From Candidatus Obscuribacteraceae bacterium (GTDB lineage: Bacteria > Cyanobacteriota > Vampirovibrionia > Obscuribacterales > Obscuribacteraceae), in the NCBI GenBank assembly GCA_044229845.1, contig JBGASG010000001.1:416001-480000 (forward strand): a DNA stretch of 64,000 nucleotides, read 5' to 3'. This document shows, in pieces, positions 39,013-48,665 of the stretch (position 1 is the first letter of the stretch; every line of letters begins with the position of its first letter). Under the pieces are notes generated by a model. It saw only the letters and a program-made list of their open reading frames with translations. It was not told where the DNA came from and did not search any database. The translations under genes and the position numbers were made by a program.

Positions 39013-39876
39013 GTGTCTGCGAGCTGCACGCTAGTAACTTATTCCGGTTTGCCGGATCTCGATCCGGACGATCTGCCGCTCGTCGAGGCGCTTTCACGAC
39101 TGGGTGTCGACTGCCGTGTGGCACGCTGGGACGATCCTGATTACAGATGGGACACTACCGAGCATGTGTTGCTGCGTACAACCTGGGACTATCACTTGCA
39201 CTTGCTCGATTTCATGTCCTGGCTTGATCGCATCAAGAGCGTGACCCGTGTCTGGAATCCGGTCGATCTTGTCAAATGGAACATCAACAAGAGCTACCTA
39301 TTTCGTTTGCAAAAAGCCGGTGTGCCTGTTGTGCCCACGCGCCTTTTGTCGCATGGCGTTCAGGCAGAACTCGGCAATCTTCTGGAAGAAACTGGTTGGG
39401 GCGAGGCAATCATCAAACCAGTGGTGGGACTAGCAACACATGGCGTGAGACGCCTTTCGCGCGCCGACATTGGCGGCGGACAGTCCGCTCTGACAGCCCT
39501 TCTGGACAACGATGATGTTTTGCTGCAAAAGTTTTTGCCTTCTGTGAATGATTACGGTGAGCGAGCGCTGATGTTTTTCAACGGTGATTACTCGCACGCG
39601 GTGCGCAAGACAGCATTTCAGGCGCTCGCGCATACAGGTGGTGCCGGCGAAACAGCTGCCGAAGCCACCGAGGCGGAATTGGCTGTTGCTCGTCAGGCTT
39701 TGCAGTTTCTTGAGAAACCTCCACTTTATGCTCGTGTAGACCTGGTGCCCGACGAAAACGGACAGCCTGTGATCATGGAACTTGAGCTGGTGGAGCCCAG
39801 TTTGTTTTTCGCGTACAAGCCCGGATCTGCCGAACGATTTGCTTCCATATTTGTCGACTTAGCCGGCATCAATTAG
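39013..39876 (+). CDS. ATP-grasp ligase (RimK/DcsG-like)
   Basis: RTTWDY, WNINKSYL, IIKP, LYARVD, MELELVEPSL. Confidence 0.88.
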   Translation: MSASCTLVTYSGLPDLDPDDLPLVEALSRLGVDCRVARWDDPDYRWDTTEHVLLRTTWDYHLHLLDFMSWLDRIKSVTRVWNPVDLVKWNINKSYLFRLQKAGVPVVPTRLLSHGVQAELGNLLEETGWGEAIIKPVVGLATHGVRRLSRADIGGGQSALTALLDNDDVLLQKFLPSVNDYGERALMFFNGDYSHAVRKTAFQALAHTGGAGETAAEATEAELAVARQALQFLEKPPLYARVDLVPDENGQPVIMELELVEPSLFFAYKPGSAERFASIFVDLAGIN

Positions 39877-39914
39877 CCCGTACCAGTTAGCCCGCACCAG
39901 TTAGCCCGCACCGG
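39859..39914 (+). repeat. Four tandem 14-bp units (TTAGCCCGYACCAG consensus) spanning the ATP-grasp stop codon
   Basis: Units start at 39859, 39873, 39887 and 39901; followed by the hairpin CCGGCAC-N8-GTGCCGG. Confidence 0.8.
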
Positions 39915-40175
39915 CACTATATATGGTGCCGGCGGTGGGAGACGCTCAACGCCGGACAGTCTGTCTGCTGGAGGAACACTGGTGGGTTACTGATTGTCAA
40001 GTGATGCCAGGCGCGAGATCCCTTGCTTGATAACTTAATTTAAGCCGAACTGGCGCAGGAAAATTTGGCGCCGGTGCCCGAAATACGAACCTACGTGTTG
40101 GATTAGATGGTCTGACTATATAAATCACCATGAGATCGTAGACAATGCGGGCACTGGTTATGGATTCAGACATTT

Positions 40176-41219
40176 ATGACGAAGATCTCCACGACTCTCA
40201 CCCGTGAACCGGCAGGGCTAGACGACACAGTCATCACTGCCTCGACGACGAAGACCTCGGGATCGCATCCGCGTCCCAAAGACCGCAAAGATACGATCAC
40301 CGGTACTATTTCGCTGTGGTCGCGGCCAGTCGTCATGGCTCATCGGATTCCCGTTTTCAAACGCGTCTGGATCTACGTCGCGTTGATGGCGGTCTACGCG
40401 CTGATCGTTGACTATGTTGCTGGACAGAACTTTCCATCCAGCGTGATTAAAGAAGTCGGCGCGATTTCCTTTGGTGGCATTATCCTCGGCTTGCTCCTGG
40501 TGTTTCGCACCAACTCCGCCTACGAACGCTGGTGGGAAGGTCGCAAGCTCTGGGGGCAATTGATCAACGATTCCCGCAACCTGTCTTTGAAGATTCGCTC
40601 GATCCGGACAATCAAGAACGACGATAAGGTTCGATTCGGAGAGTTGATGATTTCCTTCGCTTACGCCCTCAAGCACCACTTGCGCGGTACCACTCCGTCG
40701 GAGCCACTGCCCGCGGTCGGCGATATTCCTGAGTTTGACCAGAAAAATATTCCCGTGTTCATTGCGGGCAAGATCTACGACACGTTGTTGCGCTGGCAAC
40801 GAGAAGGGCAGATCGACACAATGATGCTCTCCGTTCTCGACGAGAATGCCCGCCAATTCATGAACATTTCCGGCGGCTGCGAGCGCATCAAGAACAGCCC
40901 GATTGCCATCTCGTACCGGGCATTTATGCGTCAGGGCATTTTTATCAACCTGTTAGTCTTGCCCTGGTACCTCTCACAGCAGTTTTCCATGTGCTGGTGC
41001 TTGCCACTTATTTTGATCAGCACATACTTCTTGATTGGCATCGAACTGATCGCCGAAGATATTGAAGATCCCTTCGGCTACGATGGCGACGACCTGCCGC
41101 TCGATAATCTGTGCGCCACAATTAAAGACACCGTCAGTCATATATTGCCGGTGCAGGAAGATTTGCGGTTTACGCAATCGGTGACGCTGCCTAAATTTGA
41201 TTTGCTCAAACAACCCTAA
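40176..41219 (+). CDS. Bestrophin family ion channel (YneE-like)
   Basis: LLVFRTNSAYERWWEGRKLWG, GCERIKNSP, IEDPFG. Confidence 0.93.
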   Translation: MTKISTTLTREPAGLDDTVITASTTKTSGSHPRPKDRKDTITGTISLWSRPVVMAHRIPVFKRVWIYVALMAVYALIVDYVAGQNFPSSVIKEVGAISFGGIILGLLLVFRTNSAYERWWEGRKLWGQLINDSRNLSLKIRSIRTIKNDDKVRFGELMISFAYALKHHLRGTTPSEPLPAVGDIPEFDQKNIPVFIAGKIYDTLLRWQREGQIDTMMLSVLDENARQFMNISGGCERIKNSPIAISYRAFMRQGIFINLLVLPWYLSQQFSMCWCLPLILISTYFLIGIELIAEDIEDPFGYDGDDLPLDNLCATIKDTVSHILPVQEDLRFTQSVTLPKFDLLKQP

Positions 41220-41221
41220 GC

Positions 41222-42043
41222 ATGAGTGAGCTGATTTGGCGGCACGGGGCCGCACCGTATCAGGTGGCGGTTATCCATGGCGGACCAGGTGCGCCTGGTT
41301 CGGCTGGACTTCTGGCCCGTGAACTCTCCAAACATCGGGGCATTCTGGAGCCCTGGCAATCGGCGCTTACTGTCGACGGACAGGTCGAAGAACTGTGCGC
41401 GCAGCTGAACAATATGGCGGCACCACCGGTAGTGTTGATCGGTTGGTCCTGGGGTGCCATGCTTGCTCTCTTTTTTGTAGCCAAATACCCCCAGATGGTT
41501 AGCAAATTGATCCTGGTCGGCAGCGGACCTTTCGACGAGCAGTATGCTGCCATAATCCGCGACGTCCGGATGTCTCGTTTGACTGACGAGCAACGGGCGG
41601 AAGCGGACAAAATTACTATCGAACTGGCCGACGAAAAAAGTGAACGTAAGGATGAGTTGTTGGCTCGCATGGGCGATCTGTTTACTCGCACCGATGACTT
41701 TGAACCGGTGGACATGCAGGATGAGCGTATGCAGTGCGACTATGCAGTACATCGCGGTGTCTGGGATGACGCCAGGGCGCGCCGCGAACGCGGAGACTTT
41801 CTGCAAATCATTCGCGGACTGCAATGTCCCGTGGTCGCCTTGCATGGTGACTACGATTCGCATCCGGCAGACGGTGTCGCCAAGCCGTTGTCCGCCCTAT
41901 CCAATTTCCGCTTTCACTTGCTGAAAAACTGCGGGCACAGACCGTGGGTCGAGCGTCAGGCGCGCGACGAATTTTTCCGCATCGTTGGACAGGAGCTGGA
42001 TGAAGTCTTGCCGCCCATTCAGGATGATGCGCTGGCTATCTAA
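41222..42043 (+). CDS. Alpha/beta hydrolase
   Basis: HGGPG, GWSWG nucleophile elbow, GDYD, CGHRPW. Confidence 0.93.
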   Translation: MSELIWRHGAAPYQVAVIHGGPGAPGSAGLLARELSKHRGILEPWQSALTVDGQVEELCAQLNNMAAPPVVLIGWSWGAMLALFFVAKYPQMVSKLILVGSGPFDEQYAAIIRDVRMSRLTDEQRAEADKITIELADEKSERKDELLARMGDLFTRTDDFEPVDMQDERMQCDYAVHRGVWDDARARRERGDFLQIIRGLQCPVVALHGDYDSHPADGVAKPLSALSNFRFHLLKNCGHRPWVERQARDEFFRIVGQELDEVLPPIQDDALAI

Positions 42044-42104
42044 TCTTTAGAGTCATCACCGAACTGATCGAACAACTCGCTGAGGGTGCCGCTGGCTATG
42101 CCGT

Positions 42105-42665
42105 TCAGACCAGCTTTGCCCGCCGATGCCAGAGTTTCAAGTGCTCCGGCAGGTCCCCGTCCCGCCGCGATCGAGCGATTTCTTGCACGATGGTTCTCTC
42201 GGCGGCGTTGCCGAAAAATCCTGTGTCCCCGGCGAATTTGTTGATGCCTGTGCCGGCTTGCATCGTGAACATGCGCATGCCGCTACTGACGCCCTTGTCC
42301 ACCCAGAAATTGCCGCCCGCTGGAACCGGCTGCATGGCGCTCAGCGCTGCTGCTTTGATGCCTGTTTTGAGAAACGGTGCGGTGCCCGGATATGCCTCGG
42401 CGAACCCGGCTAAACCGCGATTGACACCGGCGGAAAGCAGGGCTGTATCCAGCGCTACGCCGCCAGCCACGCCGACTTTGAAGAGGGTGCTGTCATGCTT
42501 TGCCGGGTCGACAATCTCCAGTTGCGGCAGGTCGACCGGACTGATGTGGTTGAAGAGCTGCGTGATGCCATCGACAGGCATTTCGATGGCGCCATAAAAG
42601 ACACCCTGTCCCAATTCGGACAGACCATGCAGTACTTCCTTGGCACTCGGGAGTTCTAAAGACAT
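42105..42665 (-). CDS. Hypothetical Gly/Ala-rich protein, possibly frameshifted near 42170
   Basis: 186 aa ORF; an alternative frame gives a more typical tail ending at 42040. Confidence 0.6.
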   Translation of the reverse strand: MSLELPSAKEVLHGLSELGQGVFYGAIEMPVDGITQLFNHISPVDLPQLEIVDPAKHDSTLFKVGVAGGVALDTALLSAGVNRGLAGFAEAYPGTAPFLKTGIKAAALSAMQPVPAGGNFWVDKGVSSGMRMFTMQAGTGINKFAGDTGFFGNAAERTIVQEIARSRRDGDLPEHLKLWHRRAKLV

Positions 42666-42851
42666 TTAGTAAAAGGTGGGTTGCGAGCTGATGACTGTAT
42701 ATATCGCTGACGGCTCATTTCTGGACAGCGAGCCGCCGGGTGCTCCCGGCTGTCTCCTGGGTCGAGCCCAGTGTTCCTCCCAGTGTCGCCATCGCGGCTG
42801 CCTAATATGCTGAGGCAAAGTTGAAATCACCGGAGTGACAGAGGAAGTACC

Positions 42852-44651
42852 ATGCATAGCTCAACAGACCGCAGCACCGACCGCCCCGACAATAAAGGCG
42901 CCATAGAGCGACTGGAACGGTTGTTTCTCCTTGATGATGCACCGCCGGCGCGGCCGGCTGAAACTGCACAGCCGCCTGCCAATTCATTCTGGGTGGGAGT
43001 TGGAATCACATCGATCCTGGCGATGTCCATTTATTTAGTAGGTCAGAAAGCGCCCGAGATCGAGAAAGTCTGGAAGCAGGCCACGGCATCAGTCTCCAGC
43101 ACAGTGCAGACGGTGATGCCGCCACAAGTCACGAACGGACTGTCGGCAACGCGCACAACTTTAACCGGTGTCGTCGACCCCGAGTCCATGACGGCTGCCT
43201 ACTATTTGTCGACCATTTTGAAAAACAGCAGTTCTACAAATCAGGAAGCACAGATGCGCATCACGTTGCCGGCCGGCGCGGCGGTGACGCGCGCTACTCT
43301 CTGGATCAATGGGCAGGCGCAGGAAGCTGCGTTCACGGATCGCAATTCAGCGCAACAGGCGTTCGACTGGGTCGTGCAGGGCAGACGCGACCCGCTGCTG
43401 GTTAAACAAATCGATGCGCGCACCGTTGAGGTAATCGGCAACCCGGTTATGCCGGGCGGCGATGGCATGAAGATCCGCGTCGGCATCACAGCACCGTTGC
43501 GCCTGATGAGCACAGGCGAAGTATCTGCCGAACTGCCCCAAATCGAATCTCGCAACTTCGCCGACGGTTCTTATGACGTCCACCTCGAGTCGGGTAACGC
43601 GATCATAAGCGAGGGCGCCGATGTCGCGCGCAGCGGCCACAGCAATGTACTGAGGCTGCACAAACAATCTGTGCGCGCCGATATTCCACAGCTGATCTTT
43701 GCGCGCCATATGGGTCCCACTACTTTTGCCACCCGGGCCACACACTCTCTGAATGGCGGCTACATAGTTGCCACCATGAACAGCGATACCCAGACGCACG
43801 AAACCAGACTATCACTGCGCAAGCAATCACAAAAACCCGGCGCCGATATACCGGTTATCAACTCAAAAGATGCTGCGGCTCGCCTTTCCACGCTCTGGGC
43901 CAAAGGCGAGATTGAGCAGTTTACGCAAGAGGGCGATCAAGGCAGCGCCGTTGCTCTCGCTCATGTTTACCGCGTGGTTTCGCCTGTCAGTTCAGCTGTC
44001 GTGCTCGAGCAACAAAGCGATTACGATCGATTTGGCTTAAATCGCAACCAGTGGGAGTCTCTGGGCGCCAACAAGCATAGTGTCTCATCCCGACGCTCCG
44101 CCGGGGACAAGAATATTGTGCGACCGGCGATGGAAGCCCCGATGCCCACCGCCAGTCCGGCGCCAGCCTCGCGGGCGACACAGATCACAGACATAGAATT
44201 TGCGCCGCAGTCCATGCCGGGCGGAAGCGGGCAAGGCTTTATGTCTGAGCAGGGTGCCGCAGACGATAGTATCGCCCAGGCGCCGGTGCCGATGCTTAAG
44301 GGTGCCACCAATGGCAGTGTCGGACCGGCGGCGGCGGCGCCGGCTCCGGACGGTAATGCCACGCAAATCAGTGGGGTCGACGTGGCCGGTACGGTTCGTG
44401 TCGCAGCCCAGAGTCCTGCGACCGTATTTGGCGGGTTATTGATCGCCGGTTTGCTCGGCGTGCTCGGCTATGCACCGGCGGCGATACTGGCAGTGCGCGG
44501 CACGAGACGTTTCCTGCGCAGGCAGGCGGGAGCGGAAAAACTGCTGCTCCTCTGCGCCGGTTGGCTCGTGCTGGCAACCTTTTTGCCTCTGGCAAGTCAA
44601 ATTCTGGCAGCTGCCATGGCAGTTATCTTGCTTGCTCGCAAACGCAGGTAG
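42852..44651 (+). CDS. Membrane-anchored VIT-domain protein
   Basis: EAQMRITLP.GAAVTRATLWING, RRDPLLV, VSPVSSAVVLE; TM segments at both ends. Confidence 0.85.
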   Translation: MHSSTDRSTDRPDNKGAIERLERLFLLDDAPPARPAETAQPPANSFWVGVGITSILAMSIYLVGQKAPEIEKVWKQATASVSSTVQTVMPPQVTNGLSATRTTLTGVVDPESMTAAYYLSTILKNSSSTNQEAQMRITLPAGAAVTRATLWINGQAQEAAFTDRNSAQQAFDWVVQGRRDPLLVKQIDARTVEVIGNPVMPGGDGMKIRVGITAPLRLMSTGEVSAELPQIESRNFADGSYDVHLESGNAIISEGADVARSGHSNVLRLHKQSVRADIPQLIFARHMGPTTFATRATHSLNGGYIVATMNSDTQTHETRLSLRKQSQKPGADIPVINSKDAAARLSTLWAKGEIEQFTQEGDQGSAVALAHVYRVVSPVSSAVVLEQQSDYDRFGLNRNQWESLGANKHSVSSRRSAGDKNIVRPAMEAPMPTASPAPASRATQITDIEFAPQSMPGGSGQGFMSEQGAADDSIAQAPVPMLKGATNGSVGPAAAAPAPDGNATQISGVDVAGTVRVAAQSPATVFGGLLIAGLLGVLGYAPAAILAVRGTRRFLRRQAGAEKLLLLCAGWLVLATFLPLASQILAAAMAVILLARKRR

Positions 44652-44844
44652 CGCTCCAGCAGAACGCGTTCAGCAGGCGCGCAGGCAGAGAGCGTTAGCG
44701 GACAGCAACAACGCAGTGCTAAACATCCGTTGACGCGGAAGGTGACCGATCGATTTCGATCGGTCACCACCTTTTCCATCCACGTTAATAAAGGGTTTGC
44801 CCAGCGTTTGGGGGGGCCGCCGGGCAGCGGTTTTGGGCTTAAAC

Positions 44845-45747
44845 TCAGGCAGTTACTTCGCGTGGTCCTTTCAGGTCCCCTTTCCACACGGCTGCGAATC
44901 CGTATTTATTGCCACCAGTCAGGTTGGCGTTGACTTTGTTGCGATCCCAGGTTGTTGTTGTTGGATCTGCCGGGTCGGCGACGACATAGCCTCCCTGGCT
45001 ATCTCTGCCGATGATGTATACGAAATGGTTGGGCGCGTTGAGAATTACTCCTTTTCCTTCCTGCAAAGCCCGATCGAGGTCGGCGATGTTGGTGTCACTT
45101 GTATGGTCTTCGGCTTGTAGACCGTGTTGACGCGCCCACTCGGCCATTTGCTTCGGCACTCCTGGGAACTGTCCGGCAGATCTTGTCGACTTGCCGCCGC
45201 TTTGCGGAATCACTTCATTGATCAGTTGTTGGCGGTTGGCTTCTGTGGGTGCCATCACACCCCAGTCGGCCAGCGCGTTGAGAAACGAGGTCGGTCCGCA
45301 AGCGAACCAATCTCTTCCATTTGGTGCATCCTTTTCTTGTGAGATGTAGAAACTGGATCGAACAGCTTTGAGACGTGCAGGTTCTTGCTTTCCTGCTTTG
45401 ATCAAATCCTGGGTACTGACACCGCGGTCGATCGATGCTACTTGCGTCGGTGGGGCAGTGGTGCCGTCGCCGATCACTCTCTGTTTGGTGTTGTCTGCGA
45501 CAGGCGGATTTGGTGCCGGTTGTACTTCCGTACGTGCGACCGGGGGAGTTGGTGCTCCTTTTGTGCTGGTTTCGTAGTTGGCGGGAGTAAAAACGATCGT
45601 TGACGGCTCAGGTCCTCCGGGACGACGTTCAAAAGTAGCCGAGACTGCTTTTGCGTTTTCCGGTATCAATCCGCATTGAAGATAAGCTTCAACGTCAGGA
45701 TTTACACACGTTTCGTGACGTGCAGAAAGTTGCGTACCTTCGACCAC
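44845..45747 (-). CDS. C39-like cysteine peptidase domain protein
   Basis: Q...ACGPTS, NHFVYIIG, VADP (Cys-His-Asp). Confidence 0.8.
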   Translation of the reverse strand: MVEGTQLSARHETCVNPDVEAYLQCGLIPENAKAVSATFERRPGGPEPSTIVFTPANYETSTKGAPTPPVARTEVQPAPNPPVADNTKQRVIGDGTTAPPTQVASIDRGVSTQDLIKAGKQEPARLKAVRSSFYISQEKDAPNGRDWFACGPTSFLNALADWGVMAPTEANRQQLINEVIPQSGGKSTRSAGQFPGVPKQMAEWARQHGLQAEDHTSDTNIADLDRALQEGKGVILNAPNHFVYIIGRDSQGGYVVADPADPTTTTWDRNKVNANLTGGNKYGFAAVWKGDLKGPREVTA

Positions 45748-45857
45748 GGGGGTGGCTCCAGTAGATACTTGCGGGGCGATAGATAGAGCGGGGCAATTGA
45801 GCGAGGATCAGAATACACGGCACCCGCCCGTGTGTTAATACGTGTTTTTCCCATGAC

Positions 45858-47456
45858 CTACCTGGCAGGTAAGTTTTTGCGCATGTAGTAAATCGCCTCT
45901 GCCACAGTCATGATGCGCCCTGCGGTCAAATCCTGCTCTTTTACGACCTGCAGAATTAATCCCAAAACACCGCGCTGCAATCCATTTAGTGGATGGTCGG
46001 AATTGGCTGCTTTGGGCGGATTGGTCCACGGGCGGGCGGTAATGCTGGGCCACTCCGCTGAACCACGGGGGCTGTTGCGGTTGAGTGCCGCGAGGAAATC
46101 CGGTGCGGTGGCGTCGCGCGCGGTGAGACTGCCAAGGTTCCATTTCATCGACATGGTCTTAAGGACCGAGTTGTGATTCACCGGCGCGGTGACGATGGTG
46201 CCCGGTTCAGTCCATGCCGAGACGATTACCGTAGGTACGCGCACCCCCAGCCGGTCGAAGCGGAAATCCATCTGTCCGGTGCCTGCCGACGCATCGGGGG
46301 GCACCGCGGGCGGTGGAGGCACGTGATCGTAACAACCTCCATGTTCATCATAGGTGATGATCAAGACGGTGTTCTGAAAGTTGCTTCCTCCGGCGCTATT
46401 GGACGTACGGATTGCATCATAGATGTTGTTGATCAGCTGCTCTCCCGCCAGGACGGAAGAGTTGAGCACGTGTCCCTGCAAAACCGCCGGCGGATGCTGG
46501 TCATTGTGGTTGTAAAACATGCGCGGCTCGATAAAAGAATAGCTGGGCAGATTGCCTGCCGCAACATCCTCGTAGAACTGATCCATTATGTGGAAGTTGG
46601 TGGGCACGTAGGTTTTCAGACGCGGAAAATGGATAGCCGCAGTGACCGGAAAGACATCTTCCTTGTCGTAATAAACTTTCCAGCTTACTTTAGCGGCCTT
46701 CATGCGGTCGAAGACCGTCTCGGCATCGTTGCCTTTCACCCAGTCAGAATAGGGTGCATTGATCACCAGATTAGTCGAAGATGCCGCATGGAAGAAGGAG
46801 CGATTGCAAAAGGTCTGGCTCGGCACGCTGCAAAACCAGTGGTCGAATACGGCAAACTGCCTGGCAAGCGTGCTGAGGACAGGCACCGAATCTGGTGCAA
46901 AACAACCCATGATTACTTTGTATTCGTCGTACAGAGGACGGCGGCCGTAAGTTGCCTGGAAGTTATTGATATAGTCGGTAACGAAACCATCCATAGAGGG
47001 CGCGGCTGCAGCGGTGGAGGCGGCGGATGGCGGCAGGTTATAGGGCGCCGCCATTTGCAATGCGGCCAGCAACCGATTGGTCTCCGGCAGGACAGTGTTG
47101 TAGAGCTGCGTGTTGACGTGAGGAAACTCTTCGCCCGGGTCGGGATTCGGGTGGTCCATGACTTCGGTGATCCCGACCGGCACCACTTTGCGCGTATCGA
47201 ACTGATCGGCGCCGACGGGAATCGGGTTGCTCAGATTACGATTGGCTACACCCTCGAATGGACCATCGTTGTACAGATAACCGAGCATGTTGTCGAACGA
47301 ACGATTCTCAAGCATCAGAACCACCACGTGATCGAACTTTTTCAGCCGATCATCGGTTTTTTCACGACGCTCCCGGGCTTCCGCCGGTTGGCTGTTGCTC
47401 AAAGCTGCGAGAGCGCCGGCTAGCTTTATGAAGGTTCTTCGAGAATACTTAGACAT
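45858..47456 (-). CDS. Tat-exported phospholipase C / phosphoesterase family protein
   Basis: SRRTFIK Tat motif; HVVVLMLENRSFD, TFCNR, TYDEHGGCYDHV, RLGVRVP. Confidence 0.93.
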   Translation of the reverse strand: MSKYSRRTFIKLAGALAALSNSQPAEARERREKTDDRLKKFDHVVVLMLENRSFDNMLGYLYNDGPFEGVANRNLSNPIPVGADQFDTRKVVPVGITEVMDHPNPDPGEEFPHVNTQLYNTVLPETNRLLAALQMAAPYNLPPSAASTAAAAPSMDGFVTDYINNFQATYGRRPLYDEYKVIMGCFAPDSVPVLSTLARQFAVFDHWFCSVPSQTFCNRSFFHAASSTNLVINAPYSDWVKGNDAETVFDRMKAAKVSWKVYYDKEDVFPVTAAIHFPRLKTYVPTNFHIMDQFYEDVAAGNLPSYSFIEPRMFYNHNDQHPPAVLQGHVLNSSVLAGEQLINNIYDAIRTSNSAGGSNFQNTVLIITYDEHGGCYDHVPPPPAVPPDASAGTGQMDFRFDRLGVRVPTVIVSAWTEPGTIVTAPVNHNSVLKTMSMKWNLGSLTARDATAPDFLAALNRNSPRGSAEWPSITARPWTNPPKAANSDHPLNGLQRGVLGLILQVVKEQDLTAGRIMTVAEAIYYMRKNLPAR

Positions 47457-47488
47457 CGGTCGCAGTTTAACATGAGGGAATAACCTGT

Positions 47489-48664
47489 ATGGATACGACT
47501 AAGAGTCATGAAATGCACACGGTGCGCACCGTGCAGCAATTGCGGACGGCGGTCGCGTCTGGTTCTCTTAGAAACACCGTCATTATCGGACTGGACCTGA
47601 CTCACGAGAAAATCCCGGACGACCTCGACTTGCAGGGTGCGGTGTTTCTTGGATGCATGTTTGAAAGTCTTGCTGACGAGTGCGGCGCTCGTGCTCGCGG
47701 TGCTCTGATCTTTTCTCACTTTCGGGACTTGCCTTACGATCCCTATCGCGGCGATCTGTACACTCCCGATGAGTTGATGTCCGGCTATTGCGCAGGGCAG
47801 AAGTCATCGCTTGACGAACGCATTTATCAGCACTTTGTCGATGCCGGCGGACACGACCCGAACATTACAGAGGCGCTCGCTCAGCGCATTCATGATTACT
47901 CGATCGATCGAGCGATCAAAAATCTGCTGGGCTTTGACGAGAAGACAGGCATGCCGCGGCGGCGGGCAGTCGGTTTCATGGGTGGACACGCTATGCGACG
48001 CGATGATCCCTATTATCGACAGACCGCCATATTGGCCAGATTGGTTACCAGGGCTGGCTATTTCGTCGTCAGTGGCGGTGGTCCCGGGATTATGGAAGCC
48101 GCCAACCTGGGAGCTTACATGAGTAATGAAGAGGAGAGCGCGCTTGATGATGCCATCAGGACGCTCAGTCGCGTGCCGTTCTTCAAAATGCCTGACGGTG
48201 GTATCGATCCAGGTTCTATCGAAACCTCTCTGGAGGTGTTGGAGCGGTATCCCAGCGGTGCCGACAGTCTCTCTATTCCGACCTGGTTTTATGGTCACGA
48301 GCCGGTAAATCTGTTCGGACGGTATGTCGGCAAGTATTTCAGCAACAGCATTCGCGAAGATGGATTGCTTGCGATCTCCGTTCACGGAATTATCTATGCA
48401 CCGGGCGGCGCCTGTACGATTCAAGAAGTGTTCACAGATGCAGCGCAGAACCATTACGGCACATTTGACTGGATGAGCCCGATGATTTTTCTGGGCACCG
48501 GCCATTATCTGCAATCGCAGGTCTATTCTTGTTTGACTCAACAGGCTGCCGGTAATGTTTATGCGCAGCTGATCACCATCTCCGACGATGTGCAGAAGCT
48601 GCTCGACTTCCTGCGCAGTCATCCGCCCATTCCCACAGCCAAAAATCCTCTGGCGGCCGGCTAA
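47489..48664 (+). CDS. LOG/SLOG family nucleotide-binding protein with N-terminal extension
   Basis: MGGH, SGGGPGIMEAAN, IPTWFYGHEP, FSNSIREDGLL, PGGACTIQE. Confidence 0.88.
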   Translation: MDTTKSHEMHTVRTVQQLRTAVASGSLRNTVIIGLDLTHEKIPDDLDLQGAVFLGCMFESLADECGARARGALIFSHFRDLPYDPYRGDLYTPDELMSGYCAGQKSSLDERIYQHFVDAGGHDPNITEALAQRIHDYSIDRAIKNLLGFDEKTGMPRRRAVGFMGGHAMRRDDPYYRQTAILARLVTRAGYFVVSGGGPGIMEAANLGAYMSNEEESALDDAIRTLSRVPFFKMPDGGIDPGSIETSLEVLERYPSGADSLSIPTWFYGHEPVNLFGRYVGKYFSNSIREDGLLAISVHGIIYAPGGACTIQEVFTDAAQNHYGTFDWMSPMIFLGTGHYLQSQVYSCLTQQAAGNVYAQLITISDDVQKLLDFLRSHPPIPTAKNPLAAG

Positions 48665-48665
48665 T

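Noticed and set aside
46173..47423. Long antisense ORFs (this one, and e.g. 6730-7596, 16106-16990, 20539-21492, 26950-27897, 47804-48724, 50828-51502)
   Set aside because: They are shadow ORFs opposite well-supported genes, expected from GC-rich codon usage.
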